The translations under genes and the position numbers were made by a program. Shown here one piece after another: positions 53,401-64,000 of a stretch of 64,000 nucleotides of DNA. Under the pieces are notes generated by a model that worked only from the letters and a program-made list of their open reading frames with translations, searched no databases and was not told where the DNA came from. How positions within the stretch are numbered: the first letter of the stretch is position 1; every line of letters begins with the position of its first letter. The stretch is from Octopus vulgaris. Lineage: Eukaryota. The stretch spans positions 37,386,001 to 37,450,000 of the forward strand of contig OX597840.1 in the NCBI GenBank assembly GCA_951406725.2, written 5' to 3'.

Positions 53401-54266
53401 TGACAGCATTTAGCAATTGAAGTGATGGCCTACTTCTTTAGAGAAATGTGAATCACCACGTAATCGCCATGTGTTTGTGTCTGTGGGTTCTTGGAATAAT
53501 ATTGGACGTTCTATAGTCTTTTGTTTGCAGTTGTACTGCCGCGCACAACTCTTTAGAATTTCGGATTGGAGAACCTTTGTCGGACAAACCTTCGTGGTAA
53601 ATTAGCATATGGCTAAACAAGATAAACCACAAAGAGTATACATTCATACAGAAGAATGAAACACGCACAAGCAGACACACACTCACACACTAAAGTGTGT
53701 GTGTGTGCAGTTATGCGTGTGTGTCCGTGTAAATCTGTATGTGCTCGTATGTATGTGGTTGTACTTGTGTCTGTGTTTGTGTACCTATTTGTTCTCGTAT
53801 GTGTGTTTTTATGTCTGTGTCTGTATGGGTTCCATGTGTGTCTCTGTGTACTGCTGTGTGTGTGTGTTGTAAGGTTGAAGTGTGACTCTGTGTGCTCCTA
53901 TGTATGTGTTAATGTGTGCTCTTCTGAATGATTTTGTGTGTGAGCACGTGTGTCTTTGAGTTCGCATGTGCGCATTTGTGTATCCGTGTGTCCATGTGTT
54001 TAGACGAGCAACATGTCGAATGGCCCCGAGGCCGACCAAGACGCTTGGTTCTTTGGAAAAAACCGGGACACAGTTGTTTCTAAACAAATCCTTTTGTTAC
54101 TTACAATAAATATTTTGAAGGACATAACACAAACAGCCTTACCATATCCTGTCGGAAAAGGAGATCCGAGATTTATACATACATCCTAGAGAACGAATGT
54201 GTTGTGATTTTCGCTGTAGCAGACATTTCTTTTTTGGTTATATATTTAGAAAAATAATGATGGTAT

Positions 54267-54305
54267 TCTTACCTGCAAAGAAAAAAGAAAATGGCAAAAC
54301 GTTAG
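54267..54305 (-). promoter_or_regulatory. Candidate recursive splice site (ratchet point)
   Basis: Minus strand CTAAC-GTTTTGCCATTTTCTTTTTTCTTTG-CAG|GTAAGA; junction between 54273 and 54272. Confidence 0.6.
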
Positions 54306-54511
54306 ATAAGCAATAGATAAGGGATAAAACAAATATATTTATCAACTTCATACTTTGGCCAAATTACCCTCTTTCACGCTTTCTTCGCTTTCTTTTCACT
54401 CTCACTCTGTCTATCTGTCTGTCTGTCTGTATCTGTCTGTGTGTCTCTCTCTGTCTCTCTCTCTTTTTTCTTTTTGCATGTCTGTCTTCTTTAAGCACGT
54501 TAATCTTGATA

Positions 54512-54594
54512 CAGTAATCTCTCGACTATCGCGGGTGTTACGTTCCAAAACTCCTGCGATAGGTAAACATCCGCGAAGTAGAAACACTATTGTA

Positions 54595-54598
<4 letters not shown>
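54512..54598 (+). mobile_element. Tigger/pogo-like DNA transposon terminal fragment
   Basis: TA|CAGTAATCTCTCGACTATCGCGG start with internal CGCGGG..CCTGCGATAG subterminal palindrome. Confidence 0.55.
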
Positions 54599-54646
<48 letters not shown>

Positions 54647-54685
54647 ACATGTATATATATATATGTATGTATATATACATGTATG

Positions 54686-54718
<33 letters not shown>

Positions 54719-55579
54719 GTGTGTGTGTATGTATATATATATGTGTGTGTGTATGTATATATATGTATGTATATATATGTATATACATATATATTGGTAA
54801 TGAGGATAGTGACTTCGAAGTTTGACCTTCTTAGTCTTCCTGTGATTGTGTTACGATGGCCAAACTGGCCAAAATTTCGAAATTAGTCTCCACGCTGTCG
54901 ATATTAAACTATAACAAACATGAACTCTTCAAAATATATTGAATTCTCCTCTGAGTTTAATGTAAACTTGTTTCTTTTTATTTGAACTCTCGACATATGT
55001 GTATAAGAATTAATATATTATACATGTACACAAACCTACACACATACACTTACGCTCGCACACATCCATACATACACATATATATATGAGAGAAAAAGAA
55101 AGAGGAAAGAAGAAACGAGTGAGTAAGAGAGAGATAGAGCGACAAAGGTAAAACATCTGAGTGCGAGAAGAGAAATATATGAAAGACGAATGAGAAACAG
55201 AGACAGAGTGAGTGGGAGAGAGTGAGAGAGAGATACATAGTTGTATGTGTGCGTTTAGTGAGCACCCAATGTCCCAGTTTAGCTGTGAACTGTTGATACT
55301 GTATTGTCAACATATGTTTTTTCTATCTGTGATCAGAAATCTATACCTCACCGGAATGCACACGAACTGGAGTCTGAAATTCTCACTACACAGCATATAA
55401 ATACTTGACACATATACACAAATATGATTTATATATACGCTGTATATTACTGTCTATATATGTGTGTATATGTATGTATACACGTTTAAAAACAGAAGTA
55501 CCGGGGTCGATACATTCGATAAAATTTCATTAAGACAGCGCCCCACCATTGTTGCTGTCTAATGACTGGACGAAACGAT

Positions 55580-55662
55580 ATCTATCTATCTAACCATCCA
55601 TCTAACTATCTATCATTTACCTATCTATCTATCTATCATTTATCTATCTATCTATCTATCAT

Positions 55663-55700
<38 letters not shown>
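55580..55700. repeat. (ATCT)n tetranucleotide tract
   Basis: Direct reading. Confidence 0.9.
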
Positions 55701-55788
55701 CTCTCTCTATATATATATACATACATACATATATATGTATGTATAACTTGGAGTCAACAACAAAGAGTACCGAGAACATTTATCTGTA

Positions 55789-55893
55789 ATCACTACGATT
55801 GTTTTCACGCAACGTAGTTCCCAGGTCCGCAGATATTTGCTTATGTAACTGCTTCCCTGTATTGTGAAATCTTGTTGTGTTTCATCAGGTGAC
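55789..55893 (-). ncRNA. Hammerhead motif with long loop II insertion
   Basis: Minus strand GTCAC-CTGATGA-A-ACACAAC...(about 60 nt)...GTTGCGT-GAAAAC-AATC-GTA-GTGAT: stem I 5 bp, stem II 7 bp with one mismatch, GUA site, one extra A in GAAA. Confidence 0.55.
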
Positions 55894-55924
55894 ATATCAA
55901 TATTGTTTCTGTGCTATGTAAATT

Positions 55925-55966
<42 letters not shown>

Positions 55967-55981
55967 GGATCCGGACAAAAC

Positions 55982-56096
55982 TGAAAGGATGAAAGGCAAA
56001 GTCGACGTCGGCGGAAGTTGATCTCAGAACGTAAAGACAGAACAATTACAGCAAAGTATTTCGCTCGGCGGGCTACCGTTCTGCCATCTCGCCACC
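55982..56096 (-). mobile_element. SINE family A, 5' portion
   Basis: GAAAGGATGAAAGGCAAAGTCGAC...TTCTGCCATCTCGCCACC. Confidence 0.85.
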
Positions 56097-57004
56097 TTGG
56101 GTTTTGGAAAATAATGCATATATTATAAGGCCTGCTATAATTGTCTGAAAGTGAATCTCCTTTTTCTTAAACATCACCTTATTATGATTGTAACAAAAAT
56201 AAAAAAGATTTTTTTCAATTCGGCCATTATGGAGTTCTTTCCTAACATTTCAACCAAAGAATTGATTTAGGAGTAGATAGACTTTCGAAAACCAGGCGAC
56301 ACCACAACCGCCAAAACAGCCCATTTTAGTGTTAAGAATAGCAGCAGAATTCTCATTTATGAAATATTGTATTACGTAAATATAGTGATTAGATAAACCG
56401 GAGTGAACTGGGATGTTTAATTTTTGTTCATTCGTTCAAAACCTTTAATTTTGGCGATTCACAATTTATCTCTTCGCCATTCTCACTTCTAGCAACATAA
56501 AAGAAAAAAAAAGCAGTCATAAATGTAAAACAATTTAGTCTATACAGTTATCAACCATAGTCTCGTATATCTAGTATCACACATACACACATATGTATAT
56601 ATACACACGCACATATATATATATATATATATATGTCAATATAACTATGTATATATATGGATATATAAATAGGGATACATGTATGTATATGTGTGAAGTT
56701 CTGAAGGTACATTTTCCACCTTAGAAAAAGACATTTTAAAAACAAATTCCGATATATTCGCAATCAACACCGATTGACGCGTATTTGTAGGAAATTTTAT
56801 GAAAAGATATTAATTATTCTGGAAGATATGAGGCAAAAACTCCTGGGTGTCACACATATGTAAGAAATATCGCATGTGGCGCGATGAATGATGCATATCT
56901 GATAGAAAGGAAACGCCTGCTAGGGCCAATGAAAGAACAGCGCAGATGCAGGATTGCCCTGACCGCCATATGCACCAACCCTCTCTCCTTGTTTCCAATC
57001 TACA

Positions 57005-57165
57005 GAGGCTTAGAATCTGGCCATTTACTCTAACTATTTCTGTCAGAGTCATACATCTTTTAATAAATTCTCTGGCAGATAACACCAACCATTCCACCAT
57101 CAACTTTCTATTCCCAGCGAAACACAGAAATGTCGATGAGAGCTTGACTTTTGGTAAAATATATA
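57005..57165 (-). mobile_element. Possible Tx1/L1 ORF2 extreme C-terminal relic
   Basis: RKLMVEWLVLSAREFIKRCMTLTEIVRVNG resembles the R..VER.....F..RW end of Tx1 ORF2 (from memory). Confidence 0.4.
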
Positions 57166-57976
57166 TACAAGGAATTTCTTTGAGATTTTTTACAAAAGTG
57201 TATTTATCTTGAGCAAAAAGAAATGTATGTGATATTCCTGAGACTCTCTCCACTCCATCTCTGTATCTATCTCTTTCTCTCTGGCAACGCCCCACACATA
57301 CAATATCATCTGTAATCCTTTCTATTCCTCAATTTTCTAACCCGCAGCACACAAATCACACAGCAACATAGGAACACGTACACACATATCGAAACCGCAC
57401 CTTCGCATTGTCAAACTCAGACTAAAACTTATTCCGAGCGTCCTAGGAGCATTATAAGAAAAAACAAAATGGCGGTTAAGAGGTCAAACAATGTTGGTTT
57501 TGCCAGGAACATAAGCAAACACAGGAGAGACATCTTAACAACATCTTCCAGATTGGTCTCTGCGTTGTTGCCGAGTTCTTGTGGGGATACCTTACGAAAG
57601 AAACGTAAATAACGGGAAGAACAGCGCAGCAAAAACCAATAATTTAGCGACTTGCAAACAGACAGCATCTCCTCCTTACACCTCATCACATCAACAATAA
57701 CTACAACAACAAATACAACGACAGCAATCAAAGCGGCTCAGTGGTGACAACGGCAACAAGAATGCAACGTGAAAAACCAAATCGCTTTGGTGTATGTGAG
57801 CGTGTATACGAAGGGATGCGTGATTATATCTGACATTATATGATGACTGTGCCTCCACACGAGTATATAGATGTGTGTGTGGTGTGTGTGTACGTATGCA
57901 AGTATGTATGTATATGTATGTAAATATAACATATATATATATGAAATATATATATATATCCACACACTCACTCGCG

Positions 57977-58007
<31 letters not shown>

Positions 58008-58355
58008 GCATACATACAGATATATGCGTTTGATATGAGTGCGTATATGAGTCTAATTATACGCGGAAATAAATGTAGACTTGTAGGATTGTATATGTCC
58101 ACATGTAAATGCGTGTAAGTGTGTGTCACGCGATTATGCATCTGTATTTGAGTGTATTTATGTATGTGTGTATATATATATACGTACATAAACATATACA
58201 CACATCTATACATATATATGTATGTGTGCGTGTATGTGTGTAAGTATGCTTGCGTAATGTGTGCCTGGATGTGTCATGTTTATCTAGGGATGTGTTTACT
58301 GGTGTTTATGTGTATGTGTTTGTGGGCATAAGTAAGTGTAATTCTATATCTGTTA

Positions 58356-58405
<50 letters not shown>

Positions 58406-58465
58406 ATGTATATATATATATGTATGTATATATATAGATACAGAGATAGATATATATATGCTTAG

Positions 58466-58536
<71 letters not shown>

Positions 58537-58935
58537 ATATATATATGTATGTATATATATAGATACAGATATATATATATATATATATAATATGTGTGTA
58601 TATATATATATATATGCTTGCAAGTGCGTGTTTGTATTTATGTGTGTGTATGTATGCGTGTGCATGTGTGTGCATGTGTGTGTGTGTGTGTATGCAGTGA
58701 ACGAAGTGCCAAAAATATATTAAAAACAAATAATAACAACAATATAAAAGAAAAGACAAATGAACACATAACAGCAAAAACAAAAACAAAAACAAAAGAA
58801 ACAAAACAAACAAAACATAACAAAAATTCTCTTGAAAATTACATTTGCCAAAATATCGTGTATTCACGTCACGATGCGATTTCCCGCCGGAACGAAACGG
58901 TGGTAATTCGAAATTCTGCTGCTGACAGATCCTAT

Positions 58936-58999
<64 letters not shown>

Positions 59000-59382
59000 A
59001 TAGACATGGTGTAAATTTATTGAACATAACATACTCGATTTCTGCTTTCATTTTTGTTTTTTGTGTGTTCTTCTGATCTGTCTTATTATCAAAGTTAACA
59101 TTCATTTTTACTCTCTTGAAACAAACAACTGTTTTGACACGCGGATATCTTTGTTGCAGTTTGAACCCCAAGTCAACGTTTGCTAAATATATCTGTGATC
59201 AGCAGCGCTCTAGCCATGACTCCTCCGTCTGTTCATTCAACCATGATACGTCTGTCTATGTGACAGCTCCGTCAGCGGCGCTCCACTTTGCACACTCACA
59301 ACTGCCACCGACTGAAGTCCCTTCTACTCGAGAATTCCACGTTTAATTGGCTGATTATCCAGCCTTTTTCATGTGTTTCAGT

Positions 59383-60160
59383 AATCAGACTGCGGCCATG
59401 CTGGGGCACCGCCTTGAAGACCATTTAGTCGAACGAATTGACCCCTGTACTTCCTTTATTGCGGGAGAAACAGATATAAATTGACGCACATAGATACACG
59501 CACAAGCACATAGACACTTATATACATATACCTATATATGTACAGACACAGATTGGCTCGCTCACACACACACACGTACACACACATGCACAAGCACGCA
59601 CAGACATACACACATATATATATTACTAGCAGTATCGCCCGGCGTTGCTCGTGTTTGTAAGGGAAATAACTATAAAGCATTTTTAGATAGTTATAGCCAA
59701 AATATAGCAAAAAAATGGGGAAAAAATGATGGTAAATTTTTTTGAGAGTTAAAAAGGTGGAGTTGCGTCCCCTAGACAGTCTGTGGTTTGTGTTTCTGAT
59801 TCTCGACCCCATGTCGAATTTATCGATTTTTTTCAGAATTGGGGGAACTTTTCAAAATTTTCGCTGCGTTAGTTTTGAATTATGACATTGGGCTATGTGT
59901 GTGTCAAGTTTCATCAGAATCGGTTGAAAGCCGTGGTCAGGGTGAGGGTACAACCTAACAGACACACAGAAACACACACACAAACTGCCGTTTATATATA
60001 GAGAGATATACGACGGTCTTCTTTCAGCTTTCATCTGCCAAATTCATTCACAATCCTTTGGTCGCACCGATGCTATAGTACAAACACTTGTCCAAGGCTT
60101 CACGCACTGGAACTGAACCTGGAACCATGTGGTTGGGAAGTATTCTCCTTACGGCCACAA
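59383..60160 (-). mobile_element. Family C SINE split by a Helitron insertion
   Basis: 3' part GACTGCGGCCATGCTGGGGCACCGCC (about 59388-59414) and 5' part TATACGACGGTCTTCTTTCAG...GGAACCATGTGGTTGG (60007-60140) flank the Helitron. Confidence 0.75.
59626..60006 (-). mobile_element. Non-autonomous Helitron
   Basis: Minus strand begins A|TCTCTCTATATATAAA and ends with the imperfect hairpin CGAGCAACGCCGGG about 10 nt before CTAG|T; A-T insertion site, no TSD. Confidence 0.85.
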
Positions 60161-61682
60161 TAATCTCTCAGGCCGAATCAATGTGATACAATATCACGCG
60201 GTCCAGAGAGAGAGAGAGGGGGGAGAGAGAGAGAGTGAGGGGTAGGAACACCGAAAGGGAATGTGATGAATAGAGAGAGAAAGCGACAAAGAAAGAGAGC
60301 GGCGTCGAGAGGGCGAGAGACGAAGAGGGACCGTAGAGCCAACTGGTATTTTAGCGACCGCAAAACGCCCGAAAGACAAAATTGATCTTGTCAGTACTTA
60401 AACTCAGGGCGTGGGAACCTAACCGTATACCACAATATATTCTGCCCAGCACACACATTATTCTACCGACTCACCACCCTCGCAGACCCAGTTCTATGCT
60501 TCCGCACAGTTTCTTCATTGTATCAGTATATTTATGACACCAGGTTGAGTTTTGGGGGAAAATTGGTTGCTATTACTAGCAAGTACATCGCACAGGTAAA
60601 GGCTTGGAAAAATACATTGTCGTCATAGTTAAGACCCAGGTGAACCTTGACTGGACAGAGTTCTTATCAAAAGCACTCCAACCGTGGCTATATAGTCTCT
60701 TCCCTTCAGAGGATATTCAGTGTTATTTGAGTGAGATTTTACTTATTTCCTGCAGATCAACAAACCTTATATGAACGCCTTCATTTTGTATGTCCTGGTG
60801 GTGCTATTGAGGTTGTTTAGCCCCTGGTTAGCCCTGATCCATCAGAACTATAATCTGGTGTATTACCACCATGACCATCTCATCTTTTATTCAAAACACA
60901 ATCTTGTGCAACACACTTCACTAAAGAGTGAGATTTTGACTTTAAGTACTGCTAAATATAAATTGATAGAGGCACCACTGTTATTTCTAGCAGCTCCAAA
61001 AGCCAAGTAAAATGTTCTTCCTTGAAGAGATGTTACATTTAATGAGGAAGCTATTGCTTGTAATTAGCTCCGGGTCAAATATATTCATCAGAGTTTTAAT
61101 CTAATCTTCCAGCAACAATCAGTCAATGTTTATTCATTTGTTGGTATTGTGTATCTAGGAATTTATTATCTGAAGACGTCCTTAGTTTTTGAAGATGATA
61201 AATAATTTGAGGAAATTTGGCTATCTTTTCTGGCAGGCCACGATGCCATTAAAAAGATCATTCTTTAAACTACCTGACAGTGTGATGGAAAATATTTAAC
61301 ACCTATGTTAATTAAAAAAAAAAATTAAAAAAAAATAACGATGCAGCAACAGGTTTCCGCCACTTTCCACTCGCACATCACGTTCGAATGATTGGGCGAA
61401 TAAAAAATGTCAAAACGAATTTGTTGCTGGAAAGAAGAAAATAAGTAATTAGCTCGTTAATTAGTGCTGACCCACTAAAAAGTTCATCGAAGACTTAATT
61501 GCTCTTCTTTCTTACTGCTCACTGCTGTAGCTACGACTACAACTGCTCTTAAATACTTTCGTTATTATGAATTTACGTTTAAACATTTATAATTGGAAGT
61601 TGTTGCGCATGTTTATACGTGAATGGCGATTTCTATCAGGAATTTATTGTGTTTTTATGTTATTTTCAATTTTATTTAATTA

Positions 61683-61820
61683 TGCGGTGAACTGGCAGAA
61701 CCGTTAGCGTGTCGATGTGAAATGCTTAGCGGAATTTCGTCCATCTTTACGTTCCGAGTTCAAACTCAGAAAACCGTCGCGGTCAACTTTGTCTTTCCTC
61801 ATTTCGGGATGGATAAATTA
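61683..61820 (+). mobile_element. SINE family A (3'-truncated)
   Basis: GCGGTGAACTGGCAGAACCGTTAGCG...GAGTTCAAA...GGTCAACTTTG. Confidence 0.8.
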
Positions 61821-61951
61821 TACACGTGTGTGTGTGTGTGTGTGTGAATAGACAGCTGTATATGCATCTATCTATCTAGTTGAAATTTATAGAAAAACAA
61901 AAGACGAAGGCAAGTGTATGAACAACAAGCAAGCTCGGGAAAATGAAAGTC

Positions 61952-61985
61952 TTTTACGTTTCGAGCCTACGCACTTCATCAGAAA
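61952..61985 (-). ncRNA. Minimal type I hammerhead motif in a short (about 61879-62055) Penelope-terminal-like repeat
   Basis: Minus strand TTT-CTGATGA-A-GTGC-GTAG-GCTC-GAAA-CGTA-AAA: intact core, loopless palindromic ACGT stem III, GUA site, one mismatch in stem II. Confidence 0.7.
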
Positions 61986-62982
61986 TGAATAAGAGAAAAT
62001 ATACAGAGAAAGAATGAAAAAAATCTTGTAGGCATCAGTGGTCCAGCATGGCGAATGATCTATCTATCTTTCTTTCTTTCATTGTAGATAGATAGATAGA
62101 TAGATAAGCTGATTGTGAGTAAATACTTGTGACTTTGCTGGAGTTTTTCTTTTGCTTTTCTTTATTAAAATACTGCGTAATGAAATCGGTTCATTCTTTT
62201 TGAATAACCCTGTATACTGCAAAATATTACAAAGAACACAGAGAGTGGTGCATCATCAAATGTTTCATTTCATTTTACAATAGGCCATACAGCATAGTGT
62301 ATGACCAGTATGTAAAACGGAAAGGAAAGTTTGATGTAATGTGTCTGCATTATTTGTAATAGTTTGGAATTTACTCTCCTGATAAAATTCATAATCATCA
62401 GAAGAATTCCAGCGGGATAGCTCATACTAAGCAATCATTGATGATTAATACATCCTGAAGGGGCTAGCCGAAAGTTGGAACATACCTGAGAGCTATTACG
62501 GTGATTTATCCTATATATGTACCTCTATCCTTTTATACCTTAAAGCTATTACGGTAATTTATGCTATATACACACCTTATAAACAAATACAGACACATAC
62601 CTACATATATACCTATCTATATGCATAGGGGAGTGTAAATACAATGAGAAATACAATATAAACGACTCAAGATGAACAAAGTTTAACAAATATATTAGAT
62701 TGATAGTTTAAAAGAAAGAGAAAATTTTAACATACACACAAACACACAAAAACACACACATATAATTTTCTAATTTTATCTTCACCATAAAAATTTATCT
62801 AAGTGATCCCACAACCCCTTTTATGCCCCTATTGGTAGAAAATACATTTGTGGTTTTCTAGTGTAGAAACACTGACGTAGATATGAATCTTGTTACACTT
62901 TTTCATGGAATTTATATACACTGTATGTGTGTGTATAGAATTTATAGTCACTTATGCTATGTTATACGTAACATAAACTAAT

Positions 62983-63331
62983 ATGGAGGTGCAATGAGCC
63001 AGTGGTTAGGGTAGCTGAATCACGGTCATAGGATCGCGGTTTCGATTCTCAAATCGGGCGTTGTGAGTGTTTATTGAGCTACACGTGACTCCGGCTGCGT
63101 ATGGTGGTGAACCCTCCTGTTTTCTTCCACCACTGTTTTCTCTCACTCTTTCTTCCTGTTTCTGTTGTACCTGTATTGCCGCAGTGTGTGTCACGCTGAA
63201 TCTCTCCGAGAACTACGTTGAGGGCGCACGTATCTGTGGAGTGCTCAGCCACTTCCACATTAATTTCACGAGCAGGTTGTTCCGTTGATCGGATCAACTG
63301 AAACCCTCGTCGTCGTAACCGACGGAGTGCC
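62983..63331 (+). mobile_element. Full-length, diverged SINE family D
   Basis: TGGAGGTGCAATGAGCCAGTGGTTAGGG...GGTTTCGATTC...CGTCGTAACCGACGGAGTGCC. Confidence 0.9.
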
Positions 63332-63947
63332 ACGATATAAACCAACAGTCATATCAATTTAATTTTTATGGCCGTATGGGCTATTTGTTCGATGATATTA
63401 TTGCTGACTAAATACACGGTAGAGAGAGCTAAGCTTCAACAGATGCTGTATCATATGTATAAAAGAGAATTTGTCAATGTTTTGATTGCTATTATTATTG
63501 TTAATTAGATAGAGGAGAGCGAAAATTGAGCATCGAGAGAAGTTGTATGAGACGCATGAAACACAATTTGATTAATCGCTGTTTGATAACACTATTGATG
63601 ATTAGATATACGATATGGGAAGCTGAGCATCAAGAGATGTTCCATTAGTCATATAAAAGACAATTTGATTAAGTATTGTTTCCTTGAAGACAGTTTTTCT
63701 GTTGAATCTCAGAAAATGGCAAACCAAAATACCTGCAGGACGTTTACTGAGTTTAATTAGATACGGAAGAAGAAAGGAAACCTTTTGACTTGTAATCTCT
63801 TAGAGTGAACTAATCTTTCTGTTTTTTTTTTGTGAATGGGAAGAAAATATTTTTTTAATTTTATAACACAGCAACAAAAATACAATGGAACACACCGACG
63901 CTGGTTCTTCCTTAGAAACTGAAAGCGAAGTTCTTCAGATGTTTGTG

Positions 63948-63989
<42 letters not shown>

Positions 63990-64000
63990 CATACATACAT

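Noticed and set aside
57466-57612. AAAATGGCGG (YY1-like / good Kozak) starting a short ORF of under 50 codons
   Set aside because: No recognisable domain, splice donor or promoter context
62455-62480. CTGAAGG-GGCTAGCC-GAAAG hammerhead-like word
   Set aside because: Core is not CTGAnGA and no stem III, NUH site or stem I is evident

Overview
AT-rich eukaryotic non-coding DNA dominated by (TA)n/(CA)n/(ATT)n microsatellites and dozens of short interspersed repeats. The SINE families and repeat load look like an octopus (coleoid cephalopod) genome; this is my recognition, not a database result. I found no credible host protein-coding exon, and the long ORFs in the supplied track are microsatellite translations. 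Supportable content: (i) at least five tRNA-derived Pol III SINE families, some with target-site duplications (TSDs) and apparently interchangeable head/tail modules; (ii) decayed autonomous elements: a Penelope-like element (RT C-terminus plus GIY-YIG endonuclease), two R4/Dong-type LINE relics, an RTE RT relic, Tx1/L1 relics and Tc1/mariner relics; (iii) a non-autonomous Helitron, MITE-like and fold-back inverted repeats. Most interesting: a complete 221-bp tRNA-headed SINE with an 11-bp TSD whose 3' half is an intact minimal (Penelope-type, dimer-requiring) hammerhead ribozyme, plus six more intact-to-decayed hammerhead motifs in the window. This suggests a Penelope-mobilised, ribozyme-bearing SINE system. 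There is also a textbook recursive-splicing ratchet point (branch point, pyrimidine tract, CAG|GTAAGA) on the minus strand, suggesting the window lies inside a giant intron. All coordinates were read by eye and are approximate to a few bases unless stated.
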